DNA of 64,000 bases from Mobula hypostoma (GCF_963921235.1 NC_086105.1:31620001-31684000); one strand, 5' to 3'. Counted from the first letter of the stretch, positions 26,030-38,347 are shown. Program-made: numbers and translations. The notes: a model not told the origin generated them from the sequence alone.

Positions 26030-28490
26030 GGGTTCTGGGTGGGTGATATGTTAGTTTTTGTGTGAGGAGGGGTTGGGGGTCTGGGGTCTGGGGTTTGATG
26101 TTCCAGTGGTCGTTTTCCGGGTGGGCGATCTGTTAGTTTTTGTGTGAGTCAGGGGGTTGGGGGTCTGGGGTTCAATGTTTCAGCAGCCATTTTCCAAATG
26201 GGTGATCTGTTAGTTTTTGTGTGAGTGAGGGGGTTGGGGGTCTGGGGTCTGGGGTTTGATGTTCCAGTGGTCGTTTTCCGGGTGGGCGATCTGTTAGTTT
26301 TTGTGTGAGTGAGGGGGTTGGGGGTCTGGGGTTTGATGTTCCAGTGGTCGTTTTCCGGGTGGGCGATCTGTTAGTTTTTGTGTGAGTGAGGGGGTTGGGG
26401 GTCTGGGGTTTGATGTTCCAGTGGTCGTTTTCCGGGTGGGCGATCTGTTAGTTTTTGTGTGAGTGACGGGGTTGGGGGTCTGGGGTTCAATGTTCCAGCG
26501 GCCGTTTTCCAAATGGGCGATCTGTTAGTTTTTGTGTGAGTGACGGGGTTGGGGGTCTGGGGTTTGATGTTCCAGTGGTCGTTTTCCGGGTGGGCGATCT
26601 GTTAGTTTTTGTGTGAGTGACGGGGTTGGGGGTCTGGGGTTCAATATTCCAGCGGCCGTTTTCCAAATGGGCGATCTGTTAATTTTTGTGTGAGTGAGGG
26701 GGTTGGGGGTCTGGGGTTTGATGTTCCAGTGGTCGTTTTCCAGGTGGGCGATCTGTTAGTTTTTCTGTGAGTGACGGGGTTGGGGGTCTGGGGTCTGGGG
26801 TTTGATATTCCAGTGGTCGTTTTCCGGGTGGGCGATCTGTTAGTTTTTGTGTGAGTGAGGGGGTTGGGGGTCTGGGGTTTGATGTTCCAGTGGTCGTTTT
26901 CCGGGTGGGCGACCTGTTAGTTTTTGTGTGACTGAGGGGGTTGGGGGTCTGGGGTTTGATGTTCCAGTGGTCGTTTTCCGGGTGAGCGATCTGTTAGTTT
27001 TTGTGTGAGTGACGGAGTTGGGGGTCTGGGGTTCAATATTCCAGCGGCCGTTTTCCAAATGGGCGATCTGTTAATTTTTGTGTGAGTGAGGGGGTTGGGG
27101 GTCTGGGGTTTGATGTTCCAGTGGTCGTTTTCCGGGTGGGCGATCTGTTAGTTTTTGTGTGAGTGAGGGGGTTGGGGGTCTGGGGTTTGATGTTCCAGTG
27201 GTCATTTTCCGGGTGGGTGATCTGTTAGTTTTTGTGTGAGTGACGGGGTTGGGGGTCTGGGGTCTGGGGTCTGGGGTTTGATGTTCCAGTGGTCATTTTC
27301 CGGGTGGGCGATCTGTTAGTTTTTGTGTGAGTGACGGGGTTGGGGGTCTGGGGTTCAATGTTCCAGCAGCTGTTTTCCGGGTGGGCGATCTGTTAGTATT
27401 TGTGTGAGTGACGGGGTTGGGGGTCTGGGGTCTGGGGTTTCATGTTCCAGTGGTCGTTTTCCGGGTGGGCGATCTGTTAGTTTTTGTGTGAGTGAGGGGG
27501 TTGGGGGTCTGGGGTCTGGGGTTTGATGTTCCAGTGGTCGTTTTCCGGGTGGGCGATCTGTTAGTTTTTGTGTGAGTGAGGGCGTTGGGGGTCTGGGGTT
27601 TGATGTTCCAGTGGTCGTTTTCCGTGTGGGCGATCTGTTAGTTTTTGTGTGAGTGAGGGGGTTGGGGGTCTGGGGTTCAATGTTCCAGCGGCTGTTTTCC
27701 GGGTGGGCGATCTGTTAGTTTTTGTGTGAGTGATGGGGTTGGGGGTCTGGGGTCTGGGGTTTGATGTTCCAGTGGTCGTTTTCCGGGTGGGCGATCTGTT
27801 AGTTTTTGTGTGAGTGAGGGGGTTGGGGGTCTGGGGTTTGATGTTCCAGTGGTCGTTTTCCGGGTGGGCGATCTGTTAGTTTTTGTGTGAGTGAGGGGGT
27901 TGGGGGTCTGGGGTTTGATGTTCCAGTGGTCGTTTTCCGGGTGGGCGATCTGTTAGTTTTTGTGTGAGTGAGGGGGTTGGGGGTCTGGGGTTCATTGTTC
28001 CAGTGGTCGTTTTCCGGGTGGGCGATCTGTTAGTTTTTGTGTGAGTGAGGGGGTTGGGTGTCTGGGGTTTGATGTTCCAGTGGTCGTTTTCCGGGTGGGC
28101 GATCTGTTAGTTTTTGTGTGAGTGACGGGGTTGGAGGTCTGGGGTTCAATGTTCCAGCGGCCGTTTTCCAAATGGGCGATCTGTTAGTTTTTGTGTGAGT
28201 GAGGGGGTTGGGGGTCTGGGGTTTGATGTTCCAGCGGCCGTTTTCCAAATGGGCGATCTGTTAGTTTTTGTGTGAGTGAGGGGGTTGGGGGTCTGGGGTT
28301 TGATGTTCCAGTGGCTGTTTTCCGGGTGGGCGATCTGTTAGTTTTTGTGTGAGTGACGGGGGTTGGGGGTCTGGGGTTTGATGTTCCAGTGGCCGTTTTC
28401 CGGGTGGGCGATCTGTTAGTTTTTGTGTGAGTGACGGGGGTTGGGGGTCTGGGTGTCTGGGGTTTGATGCTCCAGTGGCTGTTTTCCAAG
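26030..28490 (+). repeat. G-rich minisatellite, 77-bp unit (84/91-bp variants), about 30 copies
   Basis: Unit gggcgatctgttagtttttgtgtgagtgagggggttgggggtctggggtttgatgttccagtggtcgttttccgggt (period 77, e.g. 26361 to 26438). Confidence 0.95.
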
Positions 28491-28770
28491 TACCTGTAAG
28501 AGGGATGGGGTGGGGTTTGGGTTTGTGAGGTTTGTTTCTTTTTTCTTTTCGTGTGGGGAGGGTGGGGTTGATGTCTTTTCTTTCAACAACACCCATGGCT
28601 ACCTTGAGAAGATGAACATCAAAGTTTAATTGTACATGCATACTTTTGACAATAAAATGAACCTTTGAACCTTTTCCACGTATTATGATAAATTTTAGCA
28701 AACAATTTTACTATGTACACTGATTAATTACATATTTACTTTGGAAGTGCGGTACTATCTTCTTTTGCAG

Positions 28771-28892
28771 CTAATCCCAGTCTCTGAACTTCACTCCTTT
28801 GATCTCTTGGGACTACATTGTTCAGAGACACCAGTACTGAATAGAGACAACTTTGATCTAACTGGACTACCACATATTGTTGTGCCTTTCAG
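28771..28892 (+). CDS. VWA + DUF4537 protein, coding exon 3
   Basis: tcttcttttgcag|LIPVSELHSF...IVVPF AG|gtatgg; phase 0 to 2 bridges exons 2 and 4. Confidence 0.65.
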
Positions 28893-29460
28893 GTATGGTA
28901 TAGGGACATCAATATAATATTTATAGTCTACTTAATTAATGTGCAATATTTCAGCTTTGAGTTCTAATCAGTGCCAACGGCAGAATAATGTGGATTTCTA
29001 TTGACATTGATGAACTCTTTGTGGCATGCTATATATCCTGAGGAGTTATTAGGACGGGTGACCAGAAGTTTGGTCAAAGCGATACATTTTAAAGAGTATC
29101 TTAGGAAGGAGGGAGAAGTAGACAGGGGAGAGATCCAGGGAGGAAATTTCAGAGCATATGCCTAGATAGCTGGAAATATAACCATTGTTAATGAAAAGAA
29201 CAAATCAAAATTTCATAAGAGTTAAGGAGCTGGAGGAAAGCGATCTAAAACTGGAGGAGGGTTGAGGTCATGGAGCGATTTGACAATAAAGGTGGTAATT
29301 TAAGTACAGGGAGCAGCATACTTTTGACAATTAAAAACCTTTGAACCTTTTCCACGTACTAAAATAAATTTTAGCAAACAATTTTACTATGTAGATTAAT
29401 TAATTATATATTTACTTTGGAAGTGCTGTACTATCTTCTTTTACAGCTTATCCCAGTCTC

Positions 29461-29727
29461 AAATGGAAAACGGCCGCTGGAACATTGAACCCCAGACCCC
29501 AAACCCCTAACCCCTCACCCACACAAAAGCTAACAGATCGCTCACCTGGAAAACAGCAGCTGAAACATTAAACCCCAGACCCCAAACCCCCAACCCCCTC
29601 ACTCACACAAAAGCTAACAGATTGCCCAGCCGCTGAAACATTAAACCCCAGACCCCAAACCCCCTCACTCACACAAAAGCTAACAGATTTGGAAAATGAC
29701 AAAACCCCCAAAAAACCCCAACCCCCT
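29461..29727 (-). repeat. Inverted copies (~3.5 units) of the 77-bp minisatellite
   Basis: ggaaaacggccgctggaacattgaaccccagacccc...cacacaaaagctaacagatcgc is the reverse complement of the array unit. Confidence 0.85.
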
Positions 29728-29749
29728 CGATGTTGCATTTTGCATCAGT

Positions 29750-30030
29750 TATATAACTATATAACAATTACAGCACGGAAAACAGGCCATCTCGGCCCCT
29801 CTAGTCCGTGCCGAACTCTTACCCTCACCTAGTCCCACCGACCTGCACTCAGCCCATAACCCTCCATTCCTTTCCTGTCCATATATCTATCCAATTTAAC
29901 TTTAAACGACAACATCGAACCTGCCTCAACCACTTCTGCTGGAAGCTCGTTCCACACAGCTACCACTCTCTGAGTAAAGAAGTTCCCCCTCATGTTACCC
30001 CGAAACTTTTGTCCTCTAACTCTCAACTCA
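29750..30030 (-). mobile_element. CR1 LINE 3' end
   Basis: Reverse-complement match to 20670-20950. Confidence 0.85.
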
Positions 30031-30234
30031 GGTAATTTTGTGATCTCTGAAAAGCCAAAATGTCAGTGTTGCTGATAAATGTATATCCATCCATTAAAAG
30101 TAATCTATCCAGTTAATGCAAATGAATGGGGAAGAAGACTAAGTTGCCAAGAGGATTACATTTCTTTCTGTCTTTGTTCTCATTACTTATGATGATATTA
30201 TATGGAAGGTAGCCATAGTAAATGGCATTGATGT

Positions 30235-30282
30235 TCTCTCTCTCTCTCTCTCTCTCTCTCCCTCTCTCTCCCTCCCTCCCTC
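30235..30282. repeat. (CT)n microsatellite
   Basis: Seen directly in sequence. Confidence 0.9.
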
Positions 30283-30658
30283 CACGAGTCCCACCTACAT
30301 AGTTGTTTAAGGCCCCAAGTTAAGGTGAAGCCTTTCAGGAACAGTAGAATTCTGTCATTTAATTAAAAAAAGTCCATCCTTGTGGCAGAAAGTATATATG
30401 CAGTCAACACTGTATGCTTAATAAGCCCTGACTGAGAAAAATGTACCTGTGCTGGAGAGCATCCTGAGGGCAAACTAAATTCCAACCTACCCCAACAAAT
30501 TAACCCTGGACGAGAAATAGTAACCACACCAGTGAATAATATCAATCAAATTCAATTACATTTGTAAGTTCTCATAAATGCTGTTAATCAGAGCTTAAGT
30601 TTGGTTTTCAGATTTGTATCCTGAAACTGTGTGAATAAAATGACTCTCTTTTATGTAG

Positions 30659-30812
30659 CTGGTGTACATTGCATCCTGATAGCAATAAGGTTAAGTCAAA
30701 AGGAGATTTAATTAATTCCTATGCTGGAGAGCTGATAAGGGGAGTTCGTGTTCTGGCTCGAAGAGAGAATGATGGATATTACTATCTGGGAAGACTTGGC
30801 AATGAAATAGAG
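30659..30812 (+). CDS. VWA + DUF4537 protein, coding exon 4
   Basis: WCTLHPD...GVRVLARRENDGYYYLGRLGNEIE|gtacag; DUF4537-type VLAR..DGYYY motif. Confidence 0.8.
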
Positions 30813-31606
30813 GTACAGTGGATCTATGTTTGGGAACGTCTGTCACACATAGATCATTTTCCACAATTCTGAAACTGCACCATGTTCCAGATATTTATAT
30901 TTATATACAATACAGTGATCCAGTTGTGTTCAATTGTGAATTACTGCTCCTCCTTCTCTGTTTTCTCTATCCTTATTAAAAGTAGCTTGGAATATTTAAT
31001 TCCCAATACTGGTTACTTTTTTAAACTATGATTCTAGCTATTAAACCATCACAATTATTTCTGCTTGTGCCAGTAATTGTTAGGAAGTATGTGAACATTC
31101 AATAGAGTGCTCTTTCAGCCATGACTCTTTCCTTTCTCTGCCTCTAATTGGATGTATATTCATGTTGCTTGCTGCCGTTTCTCAACAGTCTCTGCTCATC
31201 TTAACTCATTTCACTAGACCACAATGTTACCTTGTCCTTGTTTTTATCTTTCTAAATTTGTCCTTGACAATTCTTACCCAATCCTCTTGGCCCACCCCAT
31301 TCTGATTATTTAGTTTAATGCCTCACCTTCAACCCCATTTATTCCACATGCCAAAACACAGGTCCCTGATTCAAATGAGGCCAGCTGCAATGGGACACGT
31401 TGCTTTTCTTTCAGTACTGATGCCATAAATTGAAACGAATTTTGGGACATGCATTCAATTCTTTGAATGCATTGAACTCCTGCATATTTGCATGTGATGA
31501 AGAAGTGATTTCCTATAATAGCTACTAATAAAGTTTACCTGATTTAAGTGCAGAATGAGGCCCATAAAAATATGTTTAATGACGTATGATCTGTTGTTTT
31601 GTTTAG

Positions 31607-31835
31607 AGATGCCCAGGTCGATTTTTGGTAGAATTTGATAAAAATAAGAAGAAAAAACTAAAGGCACAAAGTAGGCTGAAGGAAACTGCATATTATGATA
31701 TAATGCATTATGAAGATGCGAAAAGGCATGGCATTGGACCTGGATGCAGAGTTTTGGCACCATGGGAGCCTGACATGGAACGGTATGGCCCAGGAACAGT
31801 GTTAGAAGGCAGAGAGGAACGAGGATTAAATTTAG
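31607..31835 (+). CDS. VWA + DUF4537 protein, coding exon 5
   Basis: RCPGRFLVEFD...GCRVLAPWEPDMERYGPGTVLEGRE; phase 0 to 1. Confidence 0.85.
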
Positions 31836-32360
31836 GTATTAAACTTAATCAAAATTGAGCAATATGTATGAAACATGTTCCTGATGTGTGATCTATTGAT
31901 ACTAGCATTATTTCAAAGCAAGTTGCACTAGTGCAAAATAAGAAACTTCCAAGTTAAGATATCACCATCCAGGCATTGCAAATTCCACCAGAATGAAAGA
32001 GAGAACCCACCACATTAGTGTTGGCTCTGAGTAAGTCCTTCAGCGATCTTTTTCTCACTATCTGATTGCCTCCCAGTTCACTATTCCAATTAAGGCCTAT
32101 AAATTTGCAACCTCGGTACCTTGTGGTGATTTCTTGCACTTGATAGAAAAGACTTGTTAGAATTGTGAGGATAGGAGAAGTACCATGCCAATATATATCC
32201 CAGCTCTATTTTGCAAACTTCTATAAATGCATTGTGTGCCTTGCTTTAGCAATGTGCTTATTACTGGGGTGTCACATTTGATGACGCACCAGTGTGCATT
32301 ATAAATTGTTTTAGAAGGAGTATATTGATTTGTCTAGAAAATCAGTGAGCAGTTCATTTA

Positions 32361-33510
32361 CAGTACTGTGCAAAAGTTTTAGGCAAAGTCTGCAGAAGAA
32401 CTGTGGTAAGTTCTCCTGCTGAAGGGTCTTGGCCCAAAACACTGACTGTACTCTTTTCCATAGATGCTCTCTGACCTGCTGAGTTCCTCCAGCATTTTGT
32501 GTGTGTTGCAGTTCTCCCAGATGCTTGGAACAAACTACCAGTCGATTTTCTTAAAAAACTGCACGACAGTGTACCTAAGAGAATTAATGCAGTTTTAAAG
32601 AGTGGTCATAATGTTCTCCGTAGAGATCATTACGAGCACCAAATTTCTTGGTGTTCACCTGGCGGAGAATCTCACCTGATCCCTCAACACCAGCTCCATA
32701 GCAAAGAAAGCCCAGCAGCATCTCTACTTTCTGCAAAGGCTGAGAAAAGTCCATCTCCCATCGCCCCCATCCTCACCACATTCTACAGAGGTTGTATTGA
32801 GAGCATCCTGAGCAGCTGCATCACGGCCTGGTTCGGAAATTGTACCATCTCGGATTGCAAGACCCTGCAGCAGATAGTGAGGTCAGCTGAGAAGATCATC
32901 GGGGTCTCTCTTCCCACCATCACAGATATTTACACCACACACTGCATCCGCAAAGCAAACAGTATTATGAAGGACCCCAAAGGCACCGAAGCATTTGGGC
33001 TCTCACAACCAGACTATGTAACAGTTTCTAACCCCAAGCCATCAGACTCCTCAATACCCAGAGCCTGGCTTGACACCAATCTACTATACCCTCTACTGTG
33101 CCTACTGTCTTGTTTAATATTTATTATTATTGTAGTGCCTGCACTGTTTTGTGCACTTTATGCAGTCCTGGATAGGTTTGTAGTCTAGTGTAGTTTTTGT
33201 GTTTTTTCTTATGTAGTTCAGTGTAGTTTTTGTATTGTTTCATGTAGCATCATGGTCCTGGAAAACGTTGTCTCATTTTTACTATGTTCTGTACCAGCAG
33301 TTATGGTTGAAATGGCAATAAAAAGTGACTTGACTTGACTTGATAACAAATATTGATTTGATTTAGTTTTTTATGGTTTACTGCTCTTTATAGTAACTAT
33401 TTCATAGTCATAGTCATACTTTATTGATCCCGGGGGAAATTAGTCAGACTATGAAAAGTTTAATATTAGAAACTTTTCATTTTGTTATTTTGAAAGTATC
33501 TTCACAGAAT
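32361..33510 (+). mobile_element. Tc1 remnant interrupted by a Penelope pLTR piece (~32417-32509) and an L2/Rex-like LINE 3' end (~32615-33342)
   Basis: TIR-like cagtactgtgcaaaag; DAWNKLPVDFLKKLHDSVPKRINAVLK; LINE LTTFYRGCIESILSSCITAWFG with (gactt)n tail. Confidence 0.65.
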
Positions 33511-33528
33511 TTTTTTATATGTACCAAA

Positions 33529-34640
33529 GATGAATAAACACTTCTCAGCTTCCAGCTGGGTACAGGTATTGATTTTAACTGACATTTCGATGACAAACTC
33601 TGCCACCTTCACCAGGAATGATGCCTAGGCACATTTAGTCTGGTGCTACATATATACGCCTGTTGTCAGCCCCTTCTGATTGGTTAGCCCTCATCCATTC
33701 ATGTTTCCGCTGTGCCACCTTGTTTACAATCGAATTCCAGTTCTTACTTTGAGCGAGACCTTAGTCTTCATTAAAATTATTTTCCTCTAATTTTATTTCA
33801 ATGGCTTCCTTTACCAGGTGGTCCCAACAGCCATTGGCATGGTACAGTAGTTTTGTGCTGTCAAAAGTCAATCCTGTGGCCATTGTGAATGGAATGCAAT
33901 ATCTTCCTTCTGCTGATCTCTCTGGGTAACCCAAATGGATACACCTCCTGTGCTCCTTGATGCGGGTTTCCACCATGTGCCCTGTCTGGCTGATATATGC
34001 TGCTCCACATTTACACAGAATCCTGCAAATGCCGGCCTGAGTCCCAGGTCATCTCTGACCCGCCTAAGCTGTGATTTGAGCTTCCTTTCAGGTTTGTGGA
34101 TGGTACTAATCTGGTATTTCTTCAGGATCCTGGTGATCCATCCAGAAATCATGGAAATATAGAGAAGACAGGCGGTAGCGACGGGTTTCTCCTTGTTGAT
34201 AGGGTTCCTGGTTTTTCTGTTGGCCTTTTTAAGGGTCCAATTGATTTCCATTACCTTTTAGCCATTCTGTAAGGTTGTTGTGCGTAATTGTCTTATTTCC
34301 TTGTGGAGACTCTCCGGGGCCGAAATAGTTTTCACATGGTTAATCAAAATAGCAAGAACTGCTTTGCATTGATGGTGGCTGTTATTGTTGTGGTACAAGT
34401 CCATGTGAGTGGAATTCGATTGCAAACAAAGTAGCACAGTGGACTCCTGATTGGTTAGTCCTCATCCAATCAGGAGGGAAGGATGATGGGGGTTTAAATA
34501 CCACCGGACTAGACATGCTCAGGCATCATCCCTGCTGAAGGTGGCAGAGTTTGTCATTGAAACATTGGTTAAAATTGATACCTGTACCAGCTGTAAGCCT
34601 GAGAAGTTTATTCATCATATACACTGGGAAGGCACTAGAT
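33529..34640 (-). mobile_element. Second Penelope-like family with inverted pLTRs
   Basis: ETRIKEHRRCIHLGYPE...EAIEIKLEENNFN (GIY-YIG C-terminal part); inverted ends ~33529-33735 and ~34415-34617 with degenerate hammerhead cores. Confidence 0.75.
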
Positions 34641-35394
34641 CCTTTTTCATGTACCCAAGACTTTTAAACGGTACTGGAGGAAACCCACACACTCACATGG
34701 AGAATGTACAAACTCTTCACCAACCTGGGTCGCTGGCGCTGTACTCACATTACGCTAACTGCTATGCCACCATACTGCCTGTACTATGTATTACAGCACA
34801 CTATGTACAGTATTGTGAACTTCAGGAAAATGTGTGTGCACTCACTTGGATGACACCTAGAGGTTGTTATGAAGATGGCATGCTTCTTTGATGGACTGTA
34901 TTGTAGCCATTTCTACATTTCTGGACCTACCAGTGACACTTTGTCACTGTCATCAATCAGTCAATTTCCATTATTCCTAGTACTTCTAATCTTGAAATCT
35001 TATGTTCAGTACATATAATAGGCAAAATATTATAGGTTTCAGCAAGTAAACAGCAGATAAAATTGCCACCAGAACTGAGCTTTGAAATGATGTACACGCC
35101 ATATTTCAGCTACAGAAACTGTGTGCTGTATATTTAATCACCTACTATACACAAAACTGTACACATTATTGTAACTTTGGCCTTGAGAATAGCCAGTTAT
35201 TCTCAAAGCCACTTTGCACTGTCTTTTATTTTCTGTCATTTTCTATCAAAATTATACAGCATAGACAAACAACATTAAGACTAAGATTAAAGGCAGGAAA
35301 AATACTGTAAACATGTTGTTATCTTGTTGCAGGTTTGAAGGGAAGTTTGCTGTAGAAAAAAATGGAAAATAATACAGTATTTTAATTTTTTCAG

Positions 35395-36115
35395 ATCATG
35401 ATGATGGCAGTGAAGGGTTGGTTGTAAGTTTCTGGAATGGCAAAACAGATAAGGTTCCTCCTGGAACAGCGGTATGGATCCCTCAGCTTCTGGCCGAACG
35501 CATCATTTTGGAACTCCAGATGACCACCTCGGCTAAACAAAAGCTTCTGGAAACTTACCCTGATTATCCTCTGATTGTGCCACCAGGATACAGAAGTTCT
35601 CAGAGTAGTGGTGATAAATTGGAGCTTGCATATCACTCCAGGGTTCCCTGTGTATGCCAAGGCCTATATTCAAATTGTAGTCATAGATTGTGCAGGATTC
35701 CTGATAATCTAGTAAGTCACTTGAACCCACAGGCAAAGTTTCTTGCTGGGAGTGGTTATGGAGATGCAATGATCTCTGGGGCAATGGTGACTAAAGAAGA
35801 AGTGATTCAGGAGGTAACAAAAAAACTCTCTCAGCCTTTTCGGTCCAATTCATCGATGAAGGAACAGAGAGTCAAATCTACTGAATTTATGAGAGGAAAC
35901 ACAACTTCCCTTCAGAAAGATATTGAAAAACAAGATAGCATGAAAACTTCAGAGTATCAATCTGCCAGCCTGTGTGATTTGAACAGGAATAAGCATACAA
36001 ACGCAGGTAGTACTTCAGACATAAGTCTGGTGAATGGCTTTCATTATATAAAGGATGCAAATAGGAGAAAACTTGGGGGAAAAAGTTCCTCAATTTCTCT
36101 TCAGAAGAAAACTGG
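35395..36115 (+). CDS. VWA + DUF4537 protein, coding exon 6
   Basis: ttttttcag|...GLVVSFWNGKTDKVPPGTAVWIPQLLAERIILEL; long open frame; donor gg|gtaagc. Confidence 0.85.
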
Positions 36116-37096
36116 GTAAGCAACTGTTTCAGTTGCAAGATCAGGGCACTTTATCCATATCTACTACTCCTTCCACTAAATAATATGCTCAGATATTGCT
36201 TATGTTTAATGGTAGTTGTTCATCGGCACCTTTGAATTAAATTTCTCTCCGAAGTTCCAACAGTTAGCATTAACAGAGCAACCTGCTTAAAAAGAAGGCC
36301 AATTTTCATTTGCATAGTATTCTGTATTCAAATGTGAAAGGAGAAATCGTGAAAATTGTTCACAGGAGTCCATGAATACTTTTGTCTGTGGCTTGTCCAA
36401 TAAATTTCAAGATGATCTCGATTCAAGCAACCAGTACTCCCACTTGTAAATGGTAGGTTAACACACAAAGGGTAAATGAAGGGTGCTAAAGTGATCTAGT
36501 TTTAACATCAGATGGCATCCACATCTATTTTCAACCCACAGTGCAGTTCCTAAATTAGGTTAAAATTAAATAACTATGGATTCTTGAGTTCCCAGCTCAG
36601 TCCTATCCCTGATAATGTTATACCCTCCTCAACCTCCATGCAATCCACAAGATTTCTCAACCTGCGAGGATGATTAACATTGGCCTTGAATATTATAACG
36701 AAGCCTGACTGAAAAGTGATTCAGGAGTGGAAACAGCTCATTGCCCACTGACCAGGTGATGTTGGTCTTAAAATCCAATAATGAATGTGTAAGAAAAATT
36801 GAATGCAATTTGGCCTTCTCAGCAATTGCTGGCCCAGATCAATGAAAAAAACACCACAGAAGTTTAGAGATTTTGCAACATGTTCCGGATACCAGAAACT
36901 TGCTGGACATTTATGGGCAAGCTAACTTATTTTGGTTTGAATGTCTCTTGGACCTTGAGACACAATAGAAGAACTGATGCCGCTATTTGGTCAGGAACTC
37001 AGAATAGCACACCCAACTCCAAAATGAGCAATCTGAGCTCAACAAAGTTGAAAATCTAGTATTGTTTTTTTTTATTACAACTTCTTTCCCACCAAG

Positions 37097-37334
37097 CACC
37101 CAAATTTCTTTGGGGCTTACCCTAAGAGGATTGGAAATTTTGGCCAAAATCTGTCATCCAGATGCAGAATGTAAATGTTACACCATTGTTTCATCAGAGC
37201 CTTCTCAGTCGACATCAGTGGTAACCAATTATTTTCCCGACACTTGGTCCCCTGAGTCACTGAGACTTGTGGATGGCCCATCACGGAAGTTTGACAACAG
37301 TGCCAGAGGAACATGTAAACCAAACAAAATCTAA
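37097..37334 (+). CDS. VWA + DUF4537 protein, probable last coding exon
   Basis: Strong pyrimidine tract + aag; phase 2 matches; open to TAA at 37332-37334; AATAAA at 37535. Confidence 0.55.
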
Positions 37335-37661
37335 AAATACCGATTCTGGTCAGGTACTGTTCAGCTCAGTTTTATTTGTGGATTTTCTTTCACATAATTT
37401 CATCTTTCTAGAAGAGGTCCAATTAGTACATTTGTATCTTATTTTGGTGCAATTAATCAAGTGTAAACTGCCTGGATAAATCATGAACCAAAGGGAAAAT
37501 CAGCAGAAGCAAGATGTGTGGAAGAAGGAGCACAAATAAAACAAAAACATTTTCTTATGAACTAAAACAACAGGAATTCTGCAGATGCTGGAAATTCAGG
37601 CAACACACATCAAAGTTGCTGGTGAACGCAGCAGGCCAGGCAGCATCTCTAGGAAGAGGTA

Positions 37662-37699
37662 CAGTCGACGTTTCAGGCCGAGACCCTTCGTCAGGACTA
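37662..37699 (-). ncRNA. Minimal hammerhead ribozyme motif
   Basis: tagtc-CTGACGA-a-gggtctcggcct-GAAAC-GTC-gactg. Confidence 0.7.
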
Positions 37700-38309
37700 A
37701 CTGAAGGAAGAGTTAGTAAGAGATTTGAAAGTGGGAGGGGGAGGGGGAGATCCAAAATGATAGGAGAAGACAGGAGGGGGAGGGATGGAGCCAAGAGCTG
37801 GACAGGTGATTGGCAAAGGGGATATGAGAGGATCGTGGGACAGGAGGTCTGGGGAGAAAGACAAGGGGGGGGGAACCCAGAGGATGGGCAAGGGGTATAG
37901 TCAGAGGGATAGAGGGAGAAAAAGAAGAGTGAGAGAAAGAATGTGTGTATATAACTAAATAACGGATGGGGTATGAGGGGGAGGTGGGATGAACATCGAC
38001 TTCTCTAACTTCTGCTAATGCCCCACCTCCCCCTCGTACCCCATCCATTACTTATTTTTATACACACATTCTTTCTCTCACTCTCCTTTTTCTCCCTCTG
38101 TCCCTCTGACTATATCCATTGCCCATCCTCTAGGTTCCCCCCACTTGTCTTTCTCCCCGGACCTCCTGTCCCACGATCCTCTCATATCCCCTTTGCCAAT
38201 CACCTGTCCAGCTCTTGGCTCCATCCCTCCCCCTCCTGTCTTCTCCTATCATTTTGGATCTCCCCCTCCCCCTTCCACTTTCAAATCTCTTACTAACTCT
38301 TCCTTCAGT

Positions 38310-38347
38310 TAGTCCTGATGAAGGGTCTCGGCCTGAAACGTCGACTG
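38310..38347 (+). ncRNA. Minimal hammerhead ribozyme motif
   Basis: tagtc-CTGATGA-a-gggtctcggcct-GAAAC-GTC-gactg. Confidence 0.7.

Noticed and set aside
26030-28490. CRISPR-like array or repetitive protein ORFs (26294-28701, minus)
   Set aside because: The units are contiguous with no unique spacers, there are no cas genes, and the context is a vertebrate intron. The ORFs are just translations of the satellite.
32499-33188. 229-aa ORF
   Set aside because: Chance fusion of pLTR, Tc1 and LINE fragments.
36823-36926. Alternative phase-2 terminal exon for the VWA-DUF4537 gene
   Set aside because: Weaker pyrimidine tract and shorter frame than 37097-37334; cannot be supported without RNA data.
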